From the NCBI GenBank assembly GCA_964430955.1, contig CAYSHY010000004.1:9971-73970 (forward strand): a stretch of 64,000 bases of DNA, given 5' to 3'. The notes below the pieces were generated by a model. The model was not told the origin of the DNA. It worked only from the letters and a program-made list of their open reading frames with translations, and did not search any database. A program made the position numbers and the translations under genes. This DNA is from an uncultured Puniceicoccaceae bacterium (GTDB taxonomy: Bacteria; Verrucomicrobiota; Verrucomicrobiia; Opitutales; Oceanipulchritudinaceae). Every line of letters begins with the position of its first letter. The stretch's first letter is position 1. Shown in pieces: positions 36,649-44,979 of this stretch.

Positions 36649-37413
36649 ATGCCTATTTTCGAGTCAGACCATAACGCCGCGGGGCAGAACGGTAGAACGC
36701 CGTTGATTGCTCCTCACACTGGGCCCGGTTTTGAATACCGGCCGCGCCGGCGTGAAGGCGCTTCTGGCGCTTATGGTAACAATGAGTCCTTTTCGCCGGC
36801 CCCGATCCCGCCAGAAGTAAAACAGCAGATTCAGAACAAGGTCGATGCGCTGCTGGCGAAGGGGCAGCCGCCTGATGAGAAGCTTGAACGATTCTGGGGC
36901 GGTTTCGAGTTTATCATTCTTCTGTTCAAGGCAGGGGTTCGCCTGGCCCGGCGGAAGTTGGGCATTGCCGAGCGCGACAAGGATGATGATGACGACGATA
37001 TAGCAGATTTCGACCAGCCGGATTCTGAAACCGAAGAGCAGCCCGACAAGAAGGATCGGACAGGCGGCAAGCGTCCGCCATTCCGACGGGACCGTGGCGG
37101 CGCCTCCAAGTCTGGCTCAAAGGCCACGAGCAAGGGCAATAACGGGGTCGACAAGGCCAACGCGTCTGCTGGTAATCAGGATGATGGCCCGGGCCAGGGT
37201 AAGCGAAAGAAGCGCAAACGCTCACGTAAACCGGCCGACGCTTCGCCTCCAAAACCGGTAGCAGGCGGAAGCAAGGACGGCGCCGCTAACCGCCAATCCG
37301 GCGAGGGGGCCGAGAAGCAGGGAGGCCAGGGTGGTCGCAAGCGCCGCAGGAACCGCGGCGGATCGCAGCGGCGCAAGGACAAATCAGGATCAGGCTCTCC
37401 CAAGAGCGAGTGA
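36649..37413 (+). CDS. Hypothetical low-complexity protein: short hydrophobic helix, poly-Asp run, Lys/Arg/Gly-rich disordered tail
   Basis: Longest ORF in the interval. FEFIILLFKAGVRLARRKLGI, DKDDDDDDIADFD, KRKKRKRSRKP, GGRKRRRNRGGSQRRKDK. Its stop overlaps the next gene's GTG start (GTGA at 37410-37413). Low-complexity sequence leaves coding status uncertain. Confidence 0.5.
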   Translation: MPIFESDHNAAGQNGRTPLIAPHTGPGFEYRPRRREGASGAYGNNESFSPAPIPPEVKQQIQNKVDALLAKGQPPDEKLERFWGGFEFIILLFKAGVRLARRKLGIAERDKDDDDDDIADFDQPDSETEEQPDKKDRTGGKRPPFRRDRGGASKSGSKATSKGNNGVDKANASAGNQDDGPGQGKRKKRKRSRKPADASPPKPVAGGSKDGAANRQSGEGAEKQGGQGGRKRRRNRGGSQRRKDKSGSGSPKSE

Positions 37414-38024
37414 CAGGACGGTTGACCCTTGTTCGAGCTTCTGTAGTTCTGGCTGTCGTGGTATCGAGATCTGGAAGTCGTTTTCTGCCTATCAGGATCT
37501 TCAGCATTCTGGCAATTGTGCTTGCCGGGTCTGCTTTGGACGTTGTTGCCCATGTAACCGCCAACCCAAATGAAGCAGCGGCGGGTAGCTACTTTCGCAC
37601 GGCGTTTCGCGTATCACACGGTCTGGATGGTTCGGCGACGGTCGCGGTCACGATCAGGATTCCTGAGGGAGTCATACTGGTCAAACCTCAGCCTAAGCCC
37701 GGTTGGGTAATCACAATGACCACCCGTCAGTTGGAGCAGCCAATCGATGCGGGACACGGAACCACGATCTATGAAACTGTGGACACTGTGACTTGGCGGG
37801 GCGGACCGCTCCCTGACGCCTACTTCGACGAATTTGGTCTGAGCATGAAGCTTCTGGATGAACCGGCGCAGATCCTTTACTTTCCGACGGTTCAGGAGTG
37901 TGAAAGTGGCGCAATTGAATGGGTTGAAATTCCATCGGCCGATCAGGCCTGGGGGCAACTCCCGCATCCCGCTCCCTTCGTGAAGGTAAGTGGGGAGAGG
38001 TCTCGCCATCACCATGCGAAATAG
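37410..38024 (+). CDS. YcnI (DUF1775) family copper-binding protein
   Basis: Leader ends ...GSALDVVA followed by HVTANPNEAAAGSYFRTAFRVSHG, the family pattern with His as the predicted mature N-terminus. The C-terminal end is His-rich (RSRHHHAK). Confidence 0.75.
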   Translation: MTGRLTLVRASVVLAVVVSRSGSRFLPIRIFSILAIVLAGSALDVVAHVTANPNEAAAGSYFRTAFRVSHGLDGSATVAVTIRIPEGVILVKPQPKPGWVITMTTRQLEQPIDAGHGTTIYETVDTVTWRGGPLPDAYFDEFGLSMKLLDEPAQILYFPTVQECESGAIEWVEIPSADQAWGQLPHPAPFVKVSGERSRHHHAK

Positions 38025-38180
38025 ACGACTGTGCGGCGGCAGATTGTCTCGCGCCACACATGTTCAATAAGACTCCAAGCGGAACTTGCGTCTCGATTCG
38101 AGCGTCGTAGCATTGGTTTTTTTGCTCGAAACCGCTGGGGGTAAGACCCGGCGCGTAGGGCTAGTCAGAGAGATTCCCAG

Positions 38181-39287
38181 ATGCCGAAATTGCCAGATAT
38201 CGCGCCTTTTGAACGGCGGCTTGCAGAACTGGACCAGTTAATGGCCCAGTCCGATTTTTACGCGGATAATCGTCGCGCCGCCACCTTGACCCGCGAGCAC
38301 CAGAAACTGAGCCGTCTGCTGGAATTGGCCAAAGTATATCGCGACACTGAACAGCAAATCGCCGACAACCGCGCCATGATTGATGACCCGGACGGTGATG
38401 CGGAACTAAGCGACCTGGCGAAGGAGGAATTGCCGGCTCTGGAGGAGAAACTGGAGCATACTTACCAGGACATCCTCACAAACATGATCCCTCCAGACCC
38501 ATCGGACTCCCGCAACACGATCATCGAAGTGCGCGCAGGGACGGGAGGCGATGAAGCGGCGTTATTCGCGGGCGATCTTTATCGGATGTACACCCGCTTT
38601 GCTGAAAGCAAGGGGTGGAAGATCGAGCTGCTTGGGGCGAATACATCCGAGGCTGGCGGATACAAGGAAATATCCTTCCTTGTCAGCGGTGAGGAAGTTT
38701 TCAAAACGCTCAAGTTTGAGAGCGGCGTGCACCGGGTGCAGCGTGTGCCCGTAACAGAGGCGCAGGGGCGCATCCATACTTCCGCCGCAACAGTGGCTGT
38801 TTTGCCTGAGGCGGAAGAAGTGGATATCCACATCGATCCCAGTGATCTGGAGATCACAGTGGCGCGCGCAAGCGGACCAGGTGGACAGGGCGTCAACACC
38901 ACAGACAGCGCCGTGCAGATCCTGCACAAGCCTACGGGAATGATTGTGAAATGCGCAGACGAGCGCAGCCAGTTGAAGAACAAGGCCAAGGCAATGAAGG
39001 TGCTCCGCGCCCGTTTGCTCGAGCAGAAGGAGAGCGAGGAGCAGGCAAAATACGCCGCCAATCGCAAGGCGCAGGTGGGCAGTGGCGACCGTTCGGAACG
39101 CATCCGCACCTATAACTTCCCGCAGGGCCGGGTCAGCGATCACCGCATCAATCTGACGCTTTATAACCTCGATGAAGTCATGGAGGGGGATCTTGATGAG
39201 CTTATTGGCGCTCTCCAGGACGCGGATCGCGCGCTCAAGATCGAGGAGCTCGGGCACGCGCCTATTGCTCCGGCAAAGAAGGATTAG
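38181..39287 (+). CDS. prfA: Peptide chain release factor 1
   Basis: RF1-type PVT tripeptide ([23 protein letters not shown]) and GGQ motif ([15 protein letters not shown]). The ORF is continuous with no frameshift. Confidence 0.95.
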   Translation: MPKLPDIAPFERRLAELDQLMAQSDFYADNRRAATLTREHQKLSRLLELAKVYRDTEQQIADNRAMIDDPDGDAELSDLAKEELPALEEKLEHTYQDILTNMIPPDPSDSRNTIIEVRAGTGGDEAALFAGDLYRMYTRFAESKGWKIELLGANTSEAGGYKEISFLVSGEEVFKTLKFESGVHRVQRVPVTEAQGRIHTSAATVAVLPEAEEVDIHIDPSDLEITVARASGPGGQGVNTTDSAVQILHKPTGMIVKCADERSQLKNKAKAMKVLRARLLEQKESEEQAKYAANRKAQVGSGDRSERIRTYNFPQGRVSDHRINLTLYNLDEVMEGDLDELIGALQDADRALKIEELGHAPIAPAKKD

Positions 39288-39293
39288 GGGGTC

Positions 39294-40388
39294 TCATCCC
39301 TCAAACAGCTTGAGCAGTTCCATGACCGCCGATGCAGGGGGAACCTTGCCAGCGATCACAGCTCGCTCGAGGTCAGGGAGGCGCGACTGAACGGCCGGGT
39401 TGCGATAGAAACGGTGCTCTAGAGCTTCCTTTATGAGCTCACGCATCCAGTCAACATCCTGCTCCCTGCGCCGGCGCTCCCACACTCCATTGGCCTGGGC
39501 CGTCTCGCGAAACTTAAGGACGGTCTGCCAGATTTCGTCGATGCCGTCCCCAGTGAGTGCGCTTGCGGTCAATGCCGGAGTTTTCCAGCCTTCAGTAGCG
39601 TCCTGCAAGTAATGCAGGACCTGCCTCAGTTCTGCGCGCGCAGCTTTGGCCCGGGGAATATTGTCACCGTCTGCCTTGTTCACGACGATGGCGTCGGCGA
39701 TTTCGATCACGCCTTTCTTGATGCCTTGAAGGTCGTCTCCCGCACCTGAGATAAGGACAAGCAGGAAGAAATCGACCATGGAGCGCACGGTGATCTCGCT
39801 CTGCCCGACCCCCACTGTTTCCACCAGTAGAACGTCGAACCCCGCAGCCTCACAAAGCGTCATTGTTTCACGAGTCTTCCGGGCCACGCCGCCGAGGGTT
39901 CCCCCGCTGGGAGAGGGACGGATGAATGCCGCAGGTTCCCGCGAAAGCAGCTCCATTCGCGTCTTGTCGCCCAGGATGCTTCCGCCTGTGCGCGTGCTGG
40001 AGGGATCCACCGCCAGGACAGCCACCTTGTGACCCAAGCGACAGAGCTTTACCCCAAGCGCTTCGATTGTGGTGCTTTTTCCCGCACCCGGCACGCCGGT
40101 AATGCCTACACGAATGGCGCCGCCCGCCGTGGACTGCAGTTGGCGCAATAACTCCGCAGCCTGTTCCTGGTGCTCGGCTCGGTTGCTCTCTACCAGTGTG
40201 ATTGCCCGGGCCAGAATCGTGCGATCCCCTGCCAAAATGCCTTTCACGTAATCGTCGATTTCCAGGCTGGAGCGTCTGCGAATCGCGGCGCGCCGTGGAT
40301 TCACGTTCACACCCTTGCGAACCTGACTGTGAAACCCTTCTCCGCCGTCGTTTGGCGCCCATTCCGGCCGCTGCCCTTCATCGCTCAT
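39294..40388 (-). CDS. meaB: Methylmalonyl-CoA mutase-associated G3E GTPase (MeaB/ArgK)
   Basis: P-loop GITGVPGAGKSTTIEAL, LLVETVGVGQSE, VVNKADGD. Confidence 0.9.
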   Translation of the reverse strand: MSDEGQRPEWAPNDGGEGFHSQVRKGVNVNPRRAAIRRRSSLEIDDYVKGILAGDRTILARAITLVESNRAEHQEQAAELLRQLQSTAGGAIRVGITGVPGAGKSTTIEALGVKLCRLGHKVAVLAVDPSSTRTGGSILGDKTRMELLSREPAAFIRPSPSGGTLGGVARKTRETMTLCEAAGFDVLLVETVGVGQSEITVRSMVDFFLLVLISGAGDDLQGIKKGVIEIADAIVVNKADGDNIPRAKAARAELRQVLHYLQDATEGWKTPALTASALTGDGIDEIWQTVLKFRETAQANGVWERRRREQDVDWMRELIKEALEHRFYRNPAVQSRLPDLERAVIAGKVPPASAVMELLKLFEG

Positions 40389-40483
40389 AGCTCCATCTCA
40401 GCTCCCAAGCGCCCATTGAGTCAAAGCCAAAGGAGGAGGATGGATGGAATGGTTTGGCCCTTAACGAATGGTACGGTTGAACT

Positions 40484-41554
40484 GTGTGTTTTAGACTTCA
40501 TACACAGGCATGGATCATCCATGCTTGGGCAGTGGAGACGGGTAAGGAGTTTCTTAAGGAAGCGCTGAAGGCGGATGAGAGGGTGGATGCGGCATTGCGA
40601 CCGCTCACATTCTCAGACTTTACCGGTCAGCCAAAGACGCTGGAGCGCTTGCAGGTGATTGTTGGCGCGGCGCGTGCGCGTGGAGAGCCTCTCTCGCACA
40701 TTCTATTGTCGGGGCCTCCGGGACTTGGGAAGACGACCCTGGCGCACATCCTTGCTTCTGAGATGGGGGTTAACCTGCGGATCAGCAGTGGCCCCGTGAT
40801 CGAGCGTCCGGGAGACCTCGCGGGAATGTTGACCAGCCTGAACACTGGCGATTTGCTCTTTATCGACGAGATACATCGCATGCCGAAAACTGTTGAGGAG
40901 TACCTCTACAGCGCGATGGAGGATTTTCGGATCGATATCATGCTGGACCAGGGGCCAAACGCCCGCAGTGTGCGTCTCGACATACCGCGGTTCACGCTCG
41001 TTGGCGCAACAACGCGCATGGGACTTCTTACCGCTCCCTTACGTAGCCGCTTTACGCTACAGACGCGCCTGGACTATTACAGCCGGGAGGCGTTGGAGAA
41101 AATCGTGCGTCGGTCGTGTCGTTTACTTGGAGTGGAGATCGACACTGGCGGCGCCAGGGAGGTTGCAGGTCGCGCGCGGGGAACGCCGCGTATCGCAAAC
41201 AACCTGATTAGCTTTGTACGCGACTTTGCGCAACAGCGGGCAGATGGGCGCGTTAATCGAAAGATCGCCGCCCAGGCGCTCGAGTTGCTCGATATCGATA
41301 TAAACGGGTTGGATGAGATGGATAAGCGGGTGCTCCGCATCATTGGTGAAAACTATCGTGGCGGCCCGGTCGGCCTGGGCACGCTCGCTGTTGCCGCCGG
41401 GGAAGACGAGCAGACGCTGGAGGAGGTGCACGAGCCCTACCTTATCCAGGAAGGATACCTTGCCCGGACTCCACAAGGACGCGTTCTCACCGAGAAAGGC
41501 TGGCTGGCAGGTGGTTTGACGCCGCCTGCAAAGAGCCAATTGGAAATGCTGTGA
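40484..41554 (+). CDS. ruvB: Holliday junction branch migration helicase RuvB
   Basis: LRPLTFSDFTGQ, Walker A GPPGLGKTTLA, Walker B LFIDEIHR, sensor RFTLVGATTR, GTPRIANNL. There is no in-frame ATG. The start is GTG at 40484 or, more plausibly, GTG at 40532. Confidence 0.92.
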   Translation: MCFRLHTQAWIIHAWAVETGKEFLKEALKADERVDAALRPLTFSDFTGQPKTLERLQVIVGAARARGEPLSHILLSGPPGLGKTTLAHILASEMGVNLRISSGPVIERPGDLAGMLTSLNTGDLLFIDEIHRMPKTVEEYLYSAMEDFRIDIMLDQGPNARSVRLDIPRFTLVGATTRMGLLTAPLRSRFTLQTRLDYYSREALEKIVRRSCRLLGVEIDTGGAREVAGRARGTPRIANNLISFVRDFAQQRADGRVNRKIAAQALELLDIDINGLDEMDKRVLRIIGENYRGGPVGLGTLAVAAGEDEQTLEEVHEPYLIQEGYLARTPQGRVLTEKGWLAGGLTPPAKSQLEML

Positions 41555-41650
41555 CTGTCAGTCGGATCCTGGTTACGGGGCCCCTCCGTCCAGGCGCCAA
41601 CGACATCACATCAATTTCCCGGGGATCACGGGTATTGTTGGTTGATCCCT

Positions 41651-41881
41651 TTATTTCTTTTTCTTCTTCTTGCGGGCAGCGGATTCGTCAGCGGTGTCGG
41701 TAACTGACTGCGACTCAAGGACACTGTAAAGCGCTGTCGCTATGAAGTTTGAGCGGTTACGGTGTTCCTTTTGAGCAGCTTCATCTACGAGATCCAGCAA
41801 CTCCCGGGGGAGGCTGATCGATATTTGTGCCTGATCTGCAGCGCGACGCGGTTGAGAAGCCTGCGACTGTTTGGGGCTCAT
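41651..41881 (-). CDS. Ribbon-helix-helix (CopG/Arc/MetJ-like) protein with poly-Lys C-terminus
   Basis: ISISLPRELLDLVDEAAQKEHRNRSNFIATALYSVLE fits strand-helix-helix. The C-terminus is RKKKKKK. Confidence 0.65.
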   Translation of the reverse strand: MSPKQSQASQPRRAADQAQISISLPRELLDLVDEAAQKEHRNRSNFIATALYSVLESQSVTDTADESAARKKKKKK

Positions 41882-41954
41882 ATTGAGAATAAGATACCAC
41901 GCTAAATCGCTGTGGTAAAGTTTGATTCACAGTATCCGCTTACAAAACCGGCCC

Positions 41955-42233
41955 TCATTTAGTGACGATGCGGAGGCGGACGACTGTTGCGCCCCAAGCG
42001 CCACCGCCTTCACCGCCGAGTTTGAAATGCTCCACGTGGGGGTTTTTCCGTAATTGGCCGTGAACGAGCTCGCGCAGAGCGCCTGTGCCTTTGCCATGGA
42101 TGATGCGCAGATCGAAAATCCCCTTCTCCAAACATGCGTCGATATAGTCGCGAAGGAGGTGCTTTACCTCGTTGGGGCGAAAGGTGTGCAGGTCCAATAC
42201 GCCATCGATCGGGACTTCATGTGGTTCGGTCAT
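41955..42233 (-). CDS. Stand-alone Smr domain protein
   Basis: LDLHTFRPNEVKHLLRDYIDACLEKGIFDLRIIHGKGTGALRELVHGQL is the Smr signature (LDLHG-like, HGKGTG). Its ATG overlaps the queG stop (ATGA at 42230-42233). Confidence 0.8.
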   Translation of the reverse strand: MTEPHEVPIDGVLDLHTFRPNEVKHLLRDYIDACLEKGIFDLRIIHGKGTGALRELVHGQLRKNPHVEHFKLGGEGGGAWGATVVRLRIVTK

Positions 42234-43291
42234 TTCGCCAGAACGTTACCTGCGGTGTTTCTGCTATGGATTCGGTTGATTGCCCATTGAGCGTGCTCGG
42301 CCACCATGGGGTCGTCAGACGCAGCGGCGCTTTCCAAGGCAGTTAGGTCCTCAGCTGTTCCAATATTTCCAAGGACGGTGCACACATTGCGTTTCCAGCG
42401 ATTCAGGCCAATCCGTTTGATCGGGGAACCCGCAAAAGCCTCGGTGAAGTCCTCATCTCCCCAGAATAGCATAGGCGTGAGGTCCGGATAGTCTCGTGGC
42501 TCGAAGCGAACCTCCCGGGTGTGCTGCGCCCAGCGATTCCAGGGACATGCCTGCAGGCAATCATCGCAGCCGTAAAGATGGTCCCCAATCTTTTCCCGGA
42601 ACTCCAGTGGAATTGCCCCTTTGTGCTCAATCGTCAGGTATGAAATGCAGCGACGGGCGTCCAGTTGATAGGGGCCGGTAATCGCGCCAGTGGGGCATGC
42701 ATCCATACAGCGAGTACAGCTCCCGCAGCGATTCTTCACGGGCTCATCTGGCGGTAGCGCCAAGGTCGTGAAGATTTCGCCAAGGAATACCCAGTTACCC
42801 AGCTTGGGGTGAATTAGATTTGTATGTTTTCCCTGCCATCCCAGGCCAGCCTGATTGGCGATAGGCTTTTCGAGGACGGGCCCCGTGTCCACGTAGGGTT
42901 TGTTCTCAGCCCCTTGTTCGCGAAGCCACTCGCACAGCCGTTTCAACTTCTGGAGAAAGCTTTTGTGGTAGTCTCCGCCCAGAGCATAGGTGGCGATAAC
43001 GCCCCGTCTGTTAGGGCGCGGCTGGTAGTAATTCAGGGCGAGTGCGATGATACTGCGCGCCTCGGGCAATACCTTGGAAGGATCCAGGCGACGGTCGTTG
43101 TTGCGCTCCATCCATCCCATCTCACCGTGCCTGCCGTCGCAGATCCAGCGCATGTAGTAGTCGCGCCTTAACTCAGGTTCGATTGAGGCCACGCCGACGC
43201 CATCGATGCCAAGGCTGCGGGCGTGCGCGATCAACGCAGCCTTTAGCTTCGCACCTTGGTCACTGCTCTGTCCTGTCGAGCCTTCCACCAT
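42230..43291 (-). CDS. queG: tRNA epoxyqueuosine(34) reductase
   Basis: Ferredoxin-type clusters CGSCTRCMDACPTGAI and CDDCLQACPWN. N-terminal pattern SIIALALNYY...YALGGDYH. HEAT-like C-terminus. Confidence 0.9.
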   Translation of the reverse strand: MVEGSTGQSSDQGAKLKAALIAHARSLGIDGVGVASIEPELRRDYYMRWICDGRHGEMGWMERNNDRRLDPSKVLPEARSIIALALNYYQPRPNRRGVIATYALGGDYHKSFLQKLKRLCEWLREQGAENKPYVDTGPVLEKPIANQAGLGWQGKHTNLIHPKLGNWVFLGEIFTTLALPPDEPVKNRCGSCTRCMDACPTGAITGPYQLDARRCISYLTIEHKGAIPLEFREKIGDHLYGCDDCLQACPWNRWAQHTREVRFEPRDYPDLTPMLFWGDEDFTEAFAGSPIKRIGLNRWKRNVCTVLGNIGTAEDLTALESAAASDDPMVAEHAQWAINRIHSRNTAGNVLAK

Positions 43292-43408
43292 ATTTATACA
43301 TGCGGCCGCCCCTGCCCGGAGGCAAGCATGCCGCCAGGTTCAAGGAAGACACCTGCGAAGCGAAAGGGTTCGCCAGTTGGACGACTACCCCCTGCGCCCG
43401 CTGCCACG

Positions 43409-44911
43409 TTACTCTGTGTCAGACTGAGTACGCTTTTCAGGACGCATTGCCGGGAAGAGAATTACATCGCGGATGCTTGGCGCCCCCGTAAGGAGGATGA
43501 CGAGCCTGTCGATGCCGATCCCCATGCCGCCGGCAGGAGGCATTCCATGCTCAAGTGCTGTGAGGAAGTCCTCATCGATCTTTTGCACCTCTTCGCCGGC
43601 CTGCTCTTCCAGGGCCTTACGCTGTTCCAAAGGATCGTTCTGCTCCGAGTATGCGGGGGCAATCTCCTGGCCGTTAATACATAGCTCGAAAACCTCCACG
43701 CACTCCGGGTCTTCGCGGCTTATCTTCGCCAGTGGCACCAGTTGCCGGGGTAGGTGAGTCACGAATGTAGGCTGTATCAGCGTAGGCTCGATACGCTTTT
43801 CAAAGACATTGTTGGTGATCTCGAAATCTTCTCTCTCGGGGTCCACCTCGATTCCAGCCTCCTTGCACCACGCCAGCTTCTCTTCGCGGGAGAGGCTGAA
43901 CCAGTCGCTTCGCCCGGTGGTCTCGATGATGAGGTCCTTGTAGCGAGCCTCGCGCCACTCGCCGCCGAGATTGATCTCAACTCCGTCGTAACGCTTCACG
44001 ATTTCGCTCCCAAGGACGTCGTCGCAGATGCGCTGGATCATGCCGCGCACCAGCTTCATCATGCCCCGGTAATCGCTGTAGGCTTGGTACACCTCTAGCA
44101 TCGTGAACTCCGGGTTGTGCCGGCGGGAGAGTCCTTCGTTGCGGAAATTGCGTCCCAACTCGTAAACCCGGTCAAAGCCGCCTACGAGCAGACGCTTCAG
44201 GTGCAACTCCAGCGCGATGCGGAGATAGAACTCACAGTCGAGCGCATTGAAATGCGTGATGAATGGGCGCGCTGCAGCCCCGCCGGCCTCGGATTGAAGC
44301 ACGGGGGTTTCAACCTCCATGAAGTCCTGCTCGTCAAGATACCGGCGAATCGTGGAGACGATACGGCTGCGCATCTGGAACCGCTTGCGCGATTCCTCGT
44401 TCGAGATCAGGTCGAGGTAGCGCTGGCGATAGATTTGCTCCTGGTCGACCAGCCCGTGCCACTTTTCCGGAAGTGGCCGCAGCGCCTTGCTAACGAGCGT
44501 GAACCGCTTCACCCGCACCGTCACTTCGCCGGTCTTTGTCCGGAAGAGCGGGCCTTCTACGCCGATGATGTCGCCGAGATCCAGCTTCTTGAACAGAGCA
44601 TATTCGTCCTCGCCAATTTCGTCCCGGCGGAAGTAGAGCTGGATAAGGCCTTCGCGGTCCAGAATCTTTGCGAAGGACGCTTTACCCATAAGGCGCACGA
44701 CAGTGAGCCGGCCTGCTACTTTTACTTCAGGGCCGGTTTCTTCTGCTTCGGGCATTAGCGACAGGGCCTGCGTCGAGGTCTGGGCCTGCTCGCAGTTTGC
44801 CGCAAATGGATCCATGCCGGCCGCCCGCAGGTCCTGCAGCTTCTTTAGCCGCACTGCCTGCTGGTCGGATGTGTCCAGCTGTTCCTGGTGATTTGCGTCG
44901 TCTTCGCTCAT
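43409..44911 (-). CDS. lysS: Lysine-tRNA ligase, class II
   Basis: OB anticodon-binding domain (VAGRLTVVRLMGKASFAKI), motif 2 FRNEGLSRRHNPEFTMLE, motif 3 GGMGIGIDRLVILL. Confidence 0.95.
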   Translation of the reverse strand: MSEDDANHQEQLDTSDQQAVRLKKLQDLRAAGMDPFAANCEQAQTSTQALSLMPEAEETGPEVKVAGRLTVVRLMGKASFAKILDREGLIQLYFRRDEIGEDEYALFKKLDLGDIIGVEGPLFRTKTGEVTVRVKRFTLVSKALRPLPEKWHGLVDQEQIYRQRYLDLISNEESRKRFQMRSRIVSTIRRYLDEQDFMEVETPVLQSEAGGAAARPFITHFNALDCEFYLRIALELHLKRLLVGGFDRVYELGRNFRNEGLSRRHNPEFTMLEVYQAYSDYRGMMKLVRGMIQRICDDVLGSEIVKRYDGVEINLGGEWREARYKDLIIETTGRSDWFSLSREEKLAWCKEAGIEVDPEREDFEITNNVFEKRIEPTLIQPTFVTHLPRQLVPLAKISREDPECVEVFELCINGQEIAPAYSEQNDPLEQRKALEEQAGEEVQKIDEDFLTALEHGMPPAGGMGIGIDRLVILLTGAPSIRDVILFPAMRPEKRTQSDTE

Positions 44912-44979
44912 GAAGCGGGAAGGCTTATCAGAAGCGATCAGGGGAAGTCAGCAGGAAAGTGTCTGCTCATCTCCAAGGG

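Noticed and set aside
38181-39287. Programmed +1 frameshift as in release factor 2
   Set aside because: The protein has the RF1 PVT tripeptide rather than SPF, and the ORF is continuous from ATG to stop. There is no frameshift site.
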